A DNA stretch of 59,571 nt, counting the filler, from Sphacelaria rigidula (taxonomy: Eukaryota): assembly GCA_964200075.2 (NCBI GenBank). It is 10 parts of 10 records of this genome, joined end to end, with 100 filler letters (N's around TTAATTAATTAA, not from the genome) between each part and the next. Parts side by side here need not be neighbours in the genome. Positions count along the whole stretch, not along the records: positions 5,969 to 11,836 come from CAXNAA020023859.1; positions 11,937 to 17,804 come from CAXNAA020023860.1; positions 17,905 to 23,771 come from CAXNAA020023861.1; 7 more parts are not named here. One strand, 5' to 3'. Shown piece after piece: positions 10,981-22,903 of the stretch. The notes under the pieces are model-generated. The model was not told where the DNA came from. It saw only the letters and a program-made list of their open reading frames with translations, and ran no database searches. The translations under genes were made by a program, and so were the position numbers. Positions within the stretch are counted from its first letter, which is position 1. Every line of letters begins with the position of its first letter.

Positions 10981-11657
10981 ACGCATTTTCTTCGCTCAGT
11001 TTTGGATCGTTTTTGATGAAATTTTGACACGATGTACAGGACTTATGTGCGAACAGCTGACCTTCCATCCCCTGTTTTTCTTTTCTTTTCTTCGCGAGTT
11101 ATTGGCAATTTTGTCTCGAAAGACACTGTTCTGAAATGCTACTTTGCCAATAACTCACGAAGAAGAAAAAAACAAAACAGGGGATGGAAGGTCAGCTGTT
11201 CGCACATGGGTCCTGTACATCGCGTCAAAATTTCATCGAAAACGATCCAAAATTCAGCGAAGAAAATGCGTCATTCCGTCGACAAGCAGTTACTATGTGG
11301 AGATGGACTAGCCACGAATAATTCAAACGCAAATATGTAGCGCAATTTCAAGTTTTTTGGATGAAATTTTGACACTATGTACAGGACGTATGTGCGAAGA
11401 CCCAACCTTTCATCCCCTGTTTTTATTCTTTTATTTTATCTCCGTGAGTTATTGGCAATTTTGTTCCGTAAAAAATGATCTGAAATGTTTCGCTGACAAT
11501 AACTCACGGAGAAAACAAAAACAAAAACAGGGGAGGAACGAAGGGGTATTCGCACATACATCCTGTCATCGTGTCAAAATGCCATTGAAAACGATCCAAA
11601 ATTCAGCGAAGAAAATGCGTCATTCCTTCGACAAGCAGTTACTATGTGGAGATGGAC
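10981..11657. mobile_element. Two tandem copies of a fold-back MITE
   Basis: Copy 1 has 128-bp inverted arms at 10981-11108 and 11144-11271, with a right terminus GTGGAGATGGAC-TA at 11308. Copy 2 (~11357-11657) has the same arms and the same right terminus. Confidence 0.8.
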
Positions 11658-12168
11658 CATCCCCTTTGACTTGACCAACCTCAGCCGGAACATCCCCTTT
11701 GACTTGTCTTCTTCTACTCTCAGCTCAGAGGCCTTCGCGAACTGCTCGTTGGTTGGCACACTACTACCAGACGCCTTGGCGCGCTGGGGGCCTCGTTTGC
11801 GTGCCATATTGGATACTGCGCGCCTAGTGCGACATGNNNNNNNNNNNNNNNNNNNNNNNNNNNNNNNNNNNNNNNNNNNNTTAATTAATTAANNNNNNNN
11901 NNNNNNNNNNNNNNNNNNNNNNNNNNNNNNNNNNNNCTTAAAGCGAATGATCAAAGCCACTCTCAATCGTATCATCTACTCTCAATCTCGCGAAAACACT
12001 GTTGTTGTCGAGAAGGATGGTTTACAGTGTATCATGACACATCGCACTCCCGAAATATTTGCGTGAATTCTTCACGAAAAACCATATAATAGAGTATTCA
12101 CAACGAACGGCATTTTATTTTGCTGTGTCGCCGATCGCCGACGATTTTTTCTCAGTAAAATTATGGAA

Positions 12169-12268
12169 GGCGCGGCTCGTTGCATGTCACGAATTTCGTT
12201 ACATCTCAAAAGTAAAGAGGCATCGGGCCAGGCTTGTACTACGGTGGGAGACCGCGTGGGGAGCCCTG
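12169..12268 (+). pseudogene. 5S rRNA-derived sequence (left arm)
   Basis: ATCTCAAAAGTAAAGAGGCATCGGGCCAGGCTTGTACTACGGTGGGAGACCGCGTGGGGAGCCCTG follows the eukaryotic 5S internal control region (AAGTTAAG...GGGCC.GG.TAGTACT..GTGGGAGACC.C.TGGGA). Diverged, with no oligo-T terminator. Confidence 0.7.
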
Positions 12269-12286
12269 ATTTGATTTGACTGTGAA

Positions 12287-12642
12287 CAGGGCTCCCCAGA
12301 GCAATGCCACGGTAGGGGTGCACTTTTTTCGCGAAATCTTGTCTGGTTCAGGGGTCCCTAAATATTCTAGATGCACAAGAACATGGGTCAGGGCACCCCA
12401 GTTTGCAAATTCATTTGGGACATCCCTAGCACGTTGAACTAGTAATCATAGCTTACTCTCACATATTTCATGAGTCGTGTTTTTGGATGAGATGAAGGGC
12501 TTTAACAATTGAAACCTCAGAGAATATTTGTGCACCTCTACCGTAGCATCCCTCCCCACGTGGTCGCCCACGGTGGTACTAGCCTGGCTCGACGTTAACT
12601 CTTGGCGTGTAACGAATTTTGTGGGGTGTAACGATAAGTGCC
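12287..12642 (-). pseudogene. 5S rRNA-derived sequence (right arm), interrupted by MITE 12299-12554
   Basis: With the MITE and one TSD removed, the minus strand reads GAGTTAACGTCGAGCCAGGCTAGTACCACCGTGGGCGACCACGTGGGGAGCCCTG. Confidence 0.7.
12299..12554. mobile_element. Sola2-like MITE (256 bp)
   Basis: Termini GAG...CTC. TIR core ATGCYACGGTAGRGGTGCAC (18/20). Exact 4-bp TSD CCCA at 12295-12298 and 12555-12558. Confidence 0.8.
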
Positions 12643-14597
12643 GCTTGCTGTTTTCCTCTTCTCCTGCCTTGTTTTTGCCTGAGCCCAGGGCTCGCGGACG
12701 TGCCGCCTTCAACCACCACCAACCAACCGCCGATCGTTGACGGGCGGGATCCTGAACTTTCCGTGCGAGAACACGGAGGGCGCAACGAGCATGCGACTGC
12801 ACGTGTGGCACGACTCTCGTGGCCAGGCCCGCTCGCAAATGCTATGCGGGTAGAACATTATCCATTCGACGCCTGGGCATCAGAAAAATACTACGAACTA
12901 CAAATGTTCATGAATTGGTCACCACGCTGCATATGTCCGCTACCGGCTAGTTTTTCCGACCGTATTAAATGTAATATCATGACGCCATGTACCAAAAGGC
13001 GTAACCATCACTCCCCCCCACTCCTCCGCCACTTCATGAAACCTGACGGTCACAGGTACATGTTCACCCCTCCCCAACGTTTCAGTACCTCCGCGATCAA
13101 CAAAAATTCATATTGCCAACACATAACACATCACGGGACAGAGCGGAATCACGCCGCTGCACACAAGACGAAACACGAGAAGCAACCATTTTACGAAGTA
13201 GTGGCGTACATACGCACCAGGTACCGCGGACAACGTAGCACCAGTGCGTACGCTGAATACCACCCCTTTTTCAAGAGTAGTGGACATCAAGTTCTTATCG
13301 AAATCAGCCGCTTCGCGCTCGTGGCGCTTATACTTGGATTTTCATTATTTTATTTATTGTGTCCTCAAAACTTTGCCAGCTCTGCCTCCCGTTCAGTGCA
13401 TTCCACTGCGCCTGCTACACGCCCGCTACGGTTCGCATACCCCATGGCAAACAAGCAACCCCATCACGGACACACGAAACCAATCTTTGAAGGAGACGTC
13501 AAGTTATCGCTGAACGGCCGACAGATCCCATGACATACACGACTCTCCCTCTCGCGCGGTCAAAATATCGCACCCCGTGTCCGTCACCTGCCGGAGCGAA
13601 GAAAAGGAGGAAGCGAAGACACAAGAAACACGCAGACACAAATCAGTAAAACAAGTGTGAAAAAACGTAGAGCTAGGAGGTGGGGGGAGGGGAGGGGGGG
13701 TGTACTCATGACCTTGCATACCGTGGTGATAAGAACATTGACCTCGCATCCCCACCAAGCCGGGACGGAGCAAGCCGGGTTTACGTCGGACCAGGCTCGC
13801 GAATCAACCACCAAGCGCGGAGCGCCGTGACGTGTTGGGAGATTCGTGTGAAAGGTGAGCTGCATCGCACCAAGATCGTTCAGCCCGAAGCGTATTAAGT
13901 TTTTTGGACATGGGCGACAGCCTCGAATGATTTGCTTCGTGTTCTGGTATCGCCACTGCCAGAGACAGCCACGGGTTACACTGTCTGAAAGGATGGGCTG
14001 GGGTTGGGGGGGGTGTATTCATGATCTCGCACGCGGTAGTCATGTGACCATTGACCTCGCATTCCTACAAAGCCAGGAGGGGAGGCTGAACACCACACGC
14101 TTTGATTCATAAACTATTTCGTGACACTTCTAACCCCTCCTCATCCTCGGGACGAGTCCGTGGTCTCAAGGGATATTCTACAGTACATCATAAAATGTAA
14201 GGCGAGTACCAAGGGGAGGTATGTATCAAGGGTCTGTTTAGTAGGGCATTTTTGACAGGATTTGTTTTGTAATCGTACTTCCCGTACCCAGACTTGAGGT
14301 AAATAATAGAGATCATACTCGGAAACACCCAGATATTGGGTTGAGAAATGCGATCGGACCCAACTTTACCCTGTAATTTGGGTCGAGTTTGGAGATTGGA
14401 CCATCGCCACACAAAGTTCGGGAGAGTACATACTCGGGTATTTACCCTACTTAACGCACGCTTGGTATGATTACAAGAGCTGGCTCACAGACTCCACGAC
14501 TGACGAAACTTTGCTCTCCTCAAAACCTAACGCTAACGCTAACGCTAACCCCAAGCATATCGAGATCTCTCGAGTCAAACGGGCATATGGGGGACAC

Positions 14598-14967
14598 GCC
14601 GGTCGCCCCGGTGGCTCAATTGGTAACCTCAAAACCTTCTGATGGTTGGGTCGTGGGTTCAAATCTCGGAGCGATCTGGGATTTTTTCTCGCTCCATGCC
14701 CAACAGTGGAGAGCGACCATGTCGTGGGTACACAATATTCGGCTCAACGGTCGAAGAGGGAAAGGCACTGCTGAACCCCTCTCGCGATAAAAAATGAACA
14801 GGCAAGCAAGCACCGCAGAAGGGAGGTGGGGTACTAAAAACAAACAAAGAAAACAAGACTCCTGTGTCGACCTTCCTCCTGTGTGATCCTGGCTGGTGCG
14901 CCCACATATACCGAAAGGTGTAGATCGGCACCTAGAATAGATGGGATAACAACACAACACACACACA
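14598..14967 (+). mobile_element. Full-length tRNA-derived SINE (family A)
   Basis: A-box TGGCTCAATTGG (14612-14623), B-box GTTCAAATC (14657-14665), an anticodon-like arm AACC-TTCTGAT-GGTT, a ~290-bp body and a CA-rich tail. Homologous copies occur in other contigs. Confidence 0.85.
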
Positions 14968-15320
14968 TGGTGTCCTAGGCAGGGTGTGCGTTGGGAGCGC
15001 TTAAATCGGTACCTTTTCGAGCAAAAAACATATCCTGTGCAAACCCCCCAAAATATTCAAATGTGATGGTCTACACTGGGACCAAGTTCTTTGTTCGATC
15101 AACCATGGAGCTTGTAGATTAGTTCGGGTGAAGTCCAATTTTACCGAGGGGGGAGATGGATTGGTCGATCGATTCTCAAGACTATGAAAACCGTTCCGAG
15201 GAAGAAAGGAGGGGGAGAAGTTGAAAGGATGATGGTAAAAAAAACGAAAGTTGAGTCAGAAGAGGATGGTATTTAGAACTATCGATATCCCCCCCCATTT
15301 AGTGTAAGTCTACTACTATA

Positions 15321-15556
15321 CTTACTTCCTCTGTGGCATGAGTAAAGGTCATTATGGGCGTTTACTCGTTTGGGTATTTCAACGTTGACGATCATCCTAT
15401 GGTTGGGTTTGTTTCAGAGATAAAGCGGCCATTTTTGTAGAATGTTGACTTTAGCTAAAAAACGCCGACGAATGCAATAGAAATATCGAAAATCAAATAT
15501 CACACCGTCAAGGGTCCGTGTAGTCATAAGGACCTTTACTTATGGCACAGAGTAAG
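15321..15556. mobile_element. Tc1/mariner-type (Stowaway-like) MITE
   Basis: Inverted ends CTTAC(TTC)CTCTGTGGCATGAGTAAAGGTC and GACCTTTACTTATGGCACAGAGTAAG, flanked by TA on both sides. Related to 55357-55941. Confidence 0.7.
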
Positions 15557-16006
15557 TATACTTTCATTTGTCCTTTCTCCGTACCCATGGTTGGTTAAAC
15601 GTGCTGCCTCTGAAGAGCTTGAATGATGGAAGAAGATAAGAGAAAGACATGAAAGGATGAGCGCCGCGATCTGCGGTTTTTCCTTGTGGGGTCGGCATGA
15701 AAATATGTTAATTGTAGTGCTGCAACAAGGTTTTAAGCATGAGCAACATAAGAATTTATCGAATCGGCGCATGAACATATGTTAATTGTAGTGCTGCAAC
15801 AAGGTCAAGTATGAGCAACGTAAGAATATATCGGATCGGTTACCGTGTTGATTACGGTGAAAAGTCGGATTCTAGAGTTGAAGGGAACAGAAGCGAGACT
15901 TAGCGCAGCAAGTTGACCGTGATATGGCAGCGCTACAGTGGTCAAAAGCCGGCCGACAGCGAGAGAGAGCAAGCACACACGGCCCCTTCGACGTTGAAAA
16001 AAAACA

Positions 16007-17361
16007 CGAGCTGGGCCAGCTTGAAGCATTCTGGCGCTTGACCAGCTTTGCACGGCCCGTTTTCAAGAGTGGGAAGCTGAGTGTTTCGACTCAAGGTTTT
16101 CATCATCAACACCCAAAAGAAAAAGGGTGCGAAACAGCAAATTAGAGTCACTTTCAAGACTAGAACGAAAAAAATTGTATGTCATAACTCAACATATATA
16201 TATATATATATATGTATGCCACACCCCGGACAATGTATGGTCAATAGATGCGATAGACGACGAGAAGTCTACTGCATAAAGTATGGGTCTATTGCAACTA
16301 TTGCCGGCCGACAATGTTACAGAATAGATGCGATAGACGAGAAGTGTACTGCATAAAGTATAGGTCTATTGCAACAATTGCCGGTCGACAATAGTCGCAA
16401 TAAGCCTATACTTTATGCATTACTTTTATTGTCTATTGCGACTATTGACAATATATATATATTGTCCAAGGTGTGATGTATACATACGTTTTAGGCACGA
16501 GCTTTGCGTATCGACGTATAGAACGGACGATAACGTTTCGGCTCAAAACTACTCGAATTGGGCCGTGTATTTCACTTCTTGTGTGAGGACCGTCGCACCA
16601 CATTGTCCATGTCGCTGGTGTAAAAAACGTCGGCAAGGGCGAAAGGTCATGAGTTCGAATCCTGACACATGAACATCAGAGAATTTCAGGAAACAATTTT
16701 TTGAGCCAAAAACTCGGGGATAATTTGCGTCTTCTTACTAAAATTCAATCAAACCATAATTATCCCTGAGTTTTTCCGGCCTATTTTTATTTTCCGAAAC
16801 TCTCTATTATTTCTTGTTGCAGAATCTGATTCCGTCGTTCGAGGTCATATATTATGCATTACATATAAGACAGGCCTGTGGATAACAGGCGTGACTTATC
16901 CAACCCGGGGCAGTGGGTGCGTGTAGGTCGTACCTTCTCACTCGGTGAAAAAGGTACGGAGCGTGTAGAGAAGCGACGTGGACTTGAAGCGGACGAGCTT
17001 TACAAGGCAAGGCAAGGCTTGAGGTTTGAGAACAAAGTGACCGAGTGGGGCAACCGGACAGGGTGCCTCCAAATGAGGAGTATGACGAGCCCACACTGGG
17101 GATCGGAGGATGACGGTTCCAGGGTGACAGGTCAGGGATGACGGTCCGGGTTGATGTGCCCGGGGTTATTATCAGTAAACGGGTCGGGTCACACAGAGGT
17201 CATAATCACGCACTTCGAAATACATTTTTTTTATTGGCTCCGGCAGAGCGGTTGGTCTGCACTTTGCAGCGACCTACTTGCATCACGTTACTTCGGGAAA
17301 TTGAAACTGAAAGGTTTATCGCTAGCTAGAGAAATGTGACCCTTTAGGCTGGCCTAGCTCG
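16007..17361. mobile_element. Candidate 1.35-kb non-autonomous TIR element containing two nested fold-backs
   Basis: CGAGCTGGGCCAGCTTGAAG at 16007 vs the reverse complement of 17342-17361 (17/20). The same terminus occurs at 29921-29940 and, degenerate, at ~52-70. Internal inverted repeats at 16228-16467 and 16680-16803. TSD not clean. Confidence 0.5.
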
Positions 17362-17500
17362 TAAACGACGCGAATTCTTCCTTCCTTCAATGACATTGTC
17401 CCACATGGTGTTTTGAGGGCCTGTCTTTTTGACAATAGATACCGCACTCTGGATATTGACAATAGATTACAATGTCAAGAGCATTTTGCAATAGACAACA

Positions 17501-17502
<2 letters not shown>

Positions 17503-17537
<35 letters not shown>

Positions 17538-17804
17538 GTCGTCCCATCTATTCTAGACGCCAGTTTACACCTTTCGGTATGTGTGGGCGCACCAGCCGGG
17601 GTCACACAGGAGGAAGGTCAACACAGGAGATTTTTCCTTTTTATTTGTTTTTAGTACCCCACCTTCCTTTTGCGATGCTTGCCTTTCTTTTTTATCGCGA
17701 GAGGGGTTAAGCAGTCCCTTTCCCTCGTCGACCGCTGAGCCGAATTTTGTGTACCCACAACATAGTCGCTCGCCACTGTTGGGCATGGTGTGATAAAAAG
17801 TCCC
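17503..17804 (-). mobile_element. SINE family A copy, head cut by contig end; (GT)n tail
   Basis: Reverse complement is collinear with 14680-14967. (GT)n at 17503-17536. Confidence 0.85.
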
Positions 17805-17909
17805 NNNNNNNNNNNNNNNNNNNNNNNNNNNNNNNNNNNNNNNNNNNNTTAATTAATTAANNNNNNNNNNNNNNNNNNNNNNNNNNNNNNNNNNNNNNNN
17901 NNNNAAAAT

Positions 17910-18069
17910 GGCATGAAGAAAAGCTGTCTGTGGGGTCCCGAAGTTTTTTTTTTTCATTTTTTCATGAGTTTAGGGCATTTCATTCAAACCTCAAAACTGA
18001 TTATTGCCCTCAACTCATGAAAAAAGTTGAAAACTCTTCGGGACCTCACAGACAGATTTTCTTCATGCC
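17910..18069. repeat. Inverted repeat, ~65-bp arms
   Basis: GGCATGAAGAAAAGCTGTCTGTGGGGTCCCGAAG...CATGAGTTTAGGGCA pairs with TGCCCTCAACTCATG...CTTCGGGACCTCACAGACAGATTTTCTTCATGCC. Confidence 0.8.
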
Positions 18070-19279
18070 CTGTTGACTGTCCATACCAAATTTCACTGTC
18101 CAACTTCACGAAAAAAAATGCAAATTTACCTTCGAAAAACCGGGTCGGCGGAAATTCGGAACAGTATATTGCAGGCCGTTTATCGGCCCACGTTTGGTGT
18201 CTGTGAGTTGCAACTTCGTGTGAGACCTCGCTAGGTGATGATGAACCAAGAAAAATGGGTGAGGTGTTTTTTGTTTTCCCTGATTGAGGGTGTTTTAGTA
18301 TGGCAACGACCATTTTTTCACGAGAACGCCCGAACCTCTCATGAAAGAAGAAAAAATGAAGGCCCATCTTTTTTACTCAGCATACCTCTGTCGTTCTCCA
18401 CGCCAAGTTTCACAAATTTAAAAATTTAGCTAAATATTTGAAATAAGGCCCAAGAGCAATGACCATCTCTCCTCATAACTCTCCTAAAGACGGAAACATT
18501 TGAAGAGAAAAAACCCCGACGAAAACAGAAAAAAACAAAAGCTGTGTTTTTGATTTCATTACATACTAGCGGTTCTCCATACCAAATTTCATAGCAGCAC
18601 AACTCTCAAAAACTGAGACGCGATATCCAGATTTAGGTCATCAGGTGCCTTTGATTGTAATGTACTAGTTTTAGTATGAAACTTGTGTGCGCCATATCTC
18701 GAGATAGATTACGAAATAGGTAAAGGTGAGGGTATCTATCGTCTTCCCGTGCTCCAGGGAAGATCCACAAAAAAATTGTCATCATCCTCTTAATCTATTG
18801 TTCGAGGTTTCATATAGATTTTGGTGTGGAGACTCTCTCCGCCAGGTATAGAAATTACTAGACATGGGGTTTAATCCACGAGAAAAAATAGGCCCAGATT
18901 TTTGAGCAGATGGGCACCTTCCCCTTCACTAACCCAGGACGACCGTATTAAAGAATTGTTCATAGTCCCCGGCAGATACAGACGTGACAATCGATTAGTA
19001 GACCCTACCAAGGGAGGAGACCACACGTTAAGTGATGCCATGGTAGGGGTGCGGTAATGATTCCGAGAATGCGGCGTCGATTCTGTCGGGACTGGTATTC
19101 AACGAACCTAGTGTCTGCACACAGGGGCCATTATGTGACCTGGCATCAGTTATTTTTGAAAAACAATGGAAATAATGCCGATTCACCTCATCCACCCGAG
19201 GGGGGAAACCACCCTCCGTAGAGCACGGTTCCGAAATGCCAGGGATGGAATTGTAACTCGAGCGAGTTGTAACGAAGAG

Positions 19280-20490
19280 CAACACATGAATGAATCGCAA
19301 CATCAAATGAGACGCCGATGCCTACCATGGCATTCCAGCTATATAGCAGTGCAGAAACATGTGGCATAACACTTTTATTCCTCGACGGGCCCCATCAGAG
19401 CCTCATACACGAAGGAGACCCAAATTCGGCAATCTTTGATCAAGTCAGAGGCCGCTCCCGAATAGGATATGCAGTGTGGTGCCACGGTACATGCCAATAA
19501 CATAGTTACCTAATCTATCAACGAATCATCTTGTCTCATGGAGGGATAGGCCCACATCTTTTCATCGCGCCCTGCAAAGCGCACAACGGAAATCAAAATA
19601 CACAGACGTTGAAGGGAGCCTCCTTCGTACATGAGGCTTGCCATCGCCAGTCGCCGACGAAGCAAGCATAACATTAATGTTGTAAGACGGGCCTCACGAG
19701 AGCCTCGTACACGAAGGAGACCCAAACTCGGCAATCTCTGTTCAAGTCAGACACCACCCCCGAGTAGGATATGCGTTGTTGCTACGGTACATGCCAACAT
19801 GACCTAATCTATCGATGAATCATGAATCATCTCGCCCTACGGAGGTATGGGCCCACTTCTTTTCATCGCTTAAATAAGGCACGCAACGGATAACAAAATA
19901 CCAAGAACTTGAAGGGAGTCTCCTTCGCATATGAGGCTCGCCGTCGCCAATCGCCGGCGAAGTAGCAAGCATAATATGCATATTCTTAGATGGGCCTCCT
20001 GAGAGCCTCATACACGAAGGAGACCCAAACTTGACAATCTTTGATGAAGTCACGGGCCGTCCCCGAGTAGGATACGCGTTGTGTTGCTACGGTACATGCC
20101 AACGTTACCTAATATATCGATGGATCATCTTGCCCTATGAAGAGATAGGCCACGCCCACATCTTTTCATCGCGTTCTCCAAGGCACGCAACGGATATCCA
20201 AATAAAACAACCTCGAAGGGAGTCTCATTCGTATATGAGGCTCGCCGTCACCAATCGCCGGCAAAGCAGCAAGCATAGTATTTATATTCTTGGATGGGCC
20301 TCATGAGAGCCTCATACACGAAGGAGATCCAAACGCGGCAATATTTGATCAAGTCAGAGACCGCCCCCGAATAGGATATGCGTTTTTGCTACGGTACACG
20401 CCAACACAACCTAACCTATAGATGAATCACCTTGACAAGGGAGTCTTCTTCGTATACGAGGCTTGCCATCGCTAGTCGCCGGCGAGGCAA
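19280..20490. repeat. Tandem repeat, ~303-bp unit, ~4 copies
   Basis: GAGCCTCRTACACGAAGGAGAYCCAAA at 19398, 19700, 20003 and 20307. Confidence 0.9.
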
Positions 20491-20933
20491 GGGCATTCCA
20501 AATTCGGACAAGAGATTAGGCGCCGACAAGGTATGGCTTGCTGAAACATGTGTTCGCATGGCCGAACTATGTTCGTAGGATGGCCTGCGGTGTTCAGTAA
20601 GATACACCAAGTCGGGATAAGGTACAATGGTCTAGTGGCATACCTTTTTTGAGTTCCGGGTACTATGCAGGATGACTTTATATTGTGATGTTGGCGACTA
20701 GACATACGTGAGTGGTGCTTGCCAGATCCTGAGACTTTGGCGCCTACCGGGGACACTCCCCTTCCTTCCCTCTTCATCAACAAAGCTTTATATACATTTC
20801 TACCTCATCTTAATCGGCAGTCAGCCGTGTCCATTGATCGACTATCGCAGTCGTGTCCATTGATCGACTATCGCAGTCGAGTCTACACCCCATCCTCTCA
20901 CGGGGTCACGAAGCTACAAACACTGAACAAACT

Positions 20934-22903
20934 ATGGTAAAGCTAAAGGATGTCACACCTCTATACGTATTCGATGTCACCCAGGACTGCGGGGCGAGAC
21001 CGACCACAAGTAATGGGGAGGACGTCAGCATGGAACCTAAAAAAATCACTGCACGAAGCCGCAGACGTATTTATCAACGCTATAGAGTCAGAGAAAGAGC
21101 AGAAGTGGCTGAATACAGAGGAGACATGCGACGAAATAAGGGAGCTCACGACGTCTCTCCTCCAGAAACACCCGCGGTTTGTGAACCTGATTGATCCCAA
21201 CCTGGCAAATGGCAGAAAGAGAAGGAACGGTGATAGCGCGATATGCGACAGCATCCGTGAACTCTGGGCAAAACTGTCCGAGCCAGATATCGTCGCCTCT
21301 GAGAGAGGAAGGCAGATCCGCAGATCCGTTTTAGGCGCTATGTGCGGGCAATCCACAACATATGCAGATGCCAAAGAGTTCATTGGAGGGCTCCTAAGCC
21401 GAGAAGCGTTTTATGGCGCGAAGAGGAGGCGAGAGGACGCCATGAAAAACGGAGAGCCGCACCGCATGTGAGTCATGACGACTGAGGTGGATGCCGATGA
21501 TGCGTATACGAACAGTATTCCCCCCTACAAGTGCCACGGACAGACACACCCATCACAACATTCACCAATCTGAAGATGGAATACTTTCATCAACGCTCAG
21601 TCGCGATAATGCGTCGGCTGCCGAGCATTCCGTGTGTATGAAAATAGAGTCTGATGCGTATCCACCCCCCTCGCGTATTCGGCATCCACCTATGCCATGC
21701 TGCCATCTCCCAGCGTGTCCGGCAGGAAACCGCGATCAGATCGACTGGAGGTCACGTGTCCCAACGCACTGGCATGGATTGAAGAACGAATCACATTTAA
21801 AACCCAGCCGTCTCTATGTCAGGTGAAATGGAAGCACGACTATTGACCCGGCAACCACGAACGCTCGGACGCAGACCACTCGCTGGTGTGCGTTAAACCC
21901 GAAGTATACTCTCGTACGCCTGTTCGGTACTTGATGGGCACGAAGCTGAAGCTCCACGACGACATCATGACAGATGGAAGAGGCGGTGAGACAACATGTG
22001 CCACACAGGCATCGCATAGAAGTTTATGTCTGACCATGGCAATTGCTCGACAAAATAGACGATTGCATCGTTGTTCATACTAGACTCGGGAAAACGTATT
22101 TTCTACCCCATCCATGACTGCGGGACACTAACACCTCCCCCAATGGGCAGGCGATGACATCTCGCTCTAGTGAATATTTTCATATGTACATCTCATCTTG
22201 ATCGTCGATCTCCTACCCGTCATACATGTAGGAGGTCCCCAGCGAGCCCAGATGTGCAGCTAATGTCATGTACAGTATTGGTGTAGGAGTATCGACATAG
22301 GAATACACGCTTGCTCATCCCCTTTCAGAACAACAGGGAGGGAGCGTGAAGTTGGAAGGAGGGAAGATTATTCTACATCTGCTTAGTCAGCAAACACGGG
22401 CATTTTTTCTTATGTATTTGTACATCCTCGCTCAGTTTCGAACGGGTGCAGTGGAGGTGGAGAACATCAGCCGAAGAGCCTCCAGCGACTTTGAAGCAGA
22501 ATCGCTTTCCAAGGAGGATATCCGCTGGTGCCCAGTACGACCCAAGCTTTTCAAAATCGGAACATAAGTCGAAAAAACGTTCACGAGACCGTATTTGTCC
22601 CAGGGTGCGAAACTATGGAGGGTCAAGAAAACGTTTACAGCCAGTGTCACCTCGGTTCAAACAGACCGCAAGTCGAGACGTCACAGATACAAACTGCATT
22701 GGGAAGGGGGGTTCAACCTTCTTTTCACTGCGGAGGTCGAGCGAATAGTAGACGAAGGATACGTGGAGAAATACAAGGTCAAAACCAGGCAGTCGACGTC
22801 GGCGAATCTCCGCGGTGCTGACGCCGATTCGAACTTTGGTGTGTGGAGTAGGATGTGTGTCAAGGAGTTTGTGGTGCGTGGAGTAGGATCGCCGCTTGAT
22901 TAA
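20934..22903 (+). pseudogene. Degenerate spliced gene, probably transposon-derived, with a C-terminal Tudor-like domain
   Basis: Three segments: 20934-21467 (frameshifted; donor GTGAGT at 21468), 21823-~21975 (after AG; one stop) and 22436-22903 (after CAG; one stop at 22565). The last reads FKIGT*VEKTF...KTFTASVTSV...RYKLHWEGG...EVERIV. It lies between Sola2-like TIR motifs at 19030 and 23118. Confidence 0.45.

Noticed and set aside
12169..12642. Functional 5S rRNA genes
   Set aside because: Both copies are diverged, lack terminal helix pairing and an oligo-T terminator, and one is interrupted by a MITE.
12619..13533. 304-aa ORF
   Set aside because: It starts inside the 5S-derived arm at a non-ATG codon, and shows no recognisable domain or splice structure.
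14608..14670. tRNA-Gln gene
   Set aside because: It has A/B boxes but no proper acceptor stem, and continues into a repeated body and CA tail, so it is a SINE head.
16640..16670. tRNA gene (T-arm GAGTTCGAATCC)
   Set aside because: No D-arm/A-box or acceptor stem could be built.
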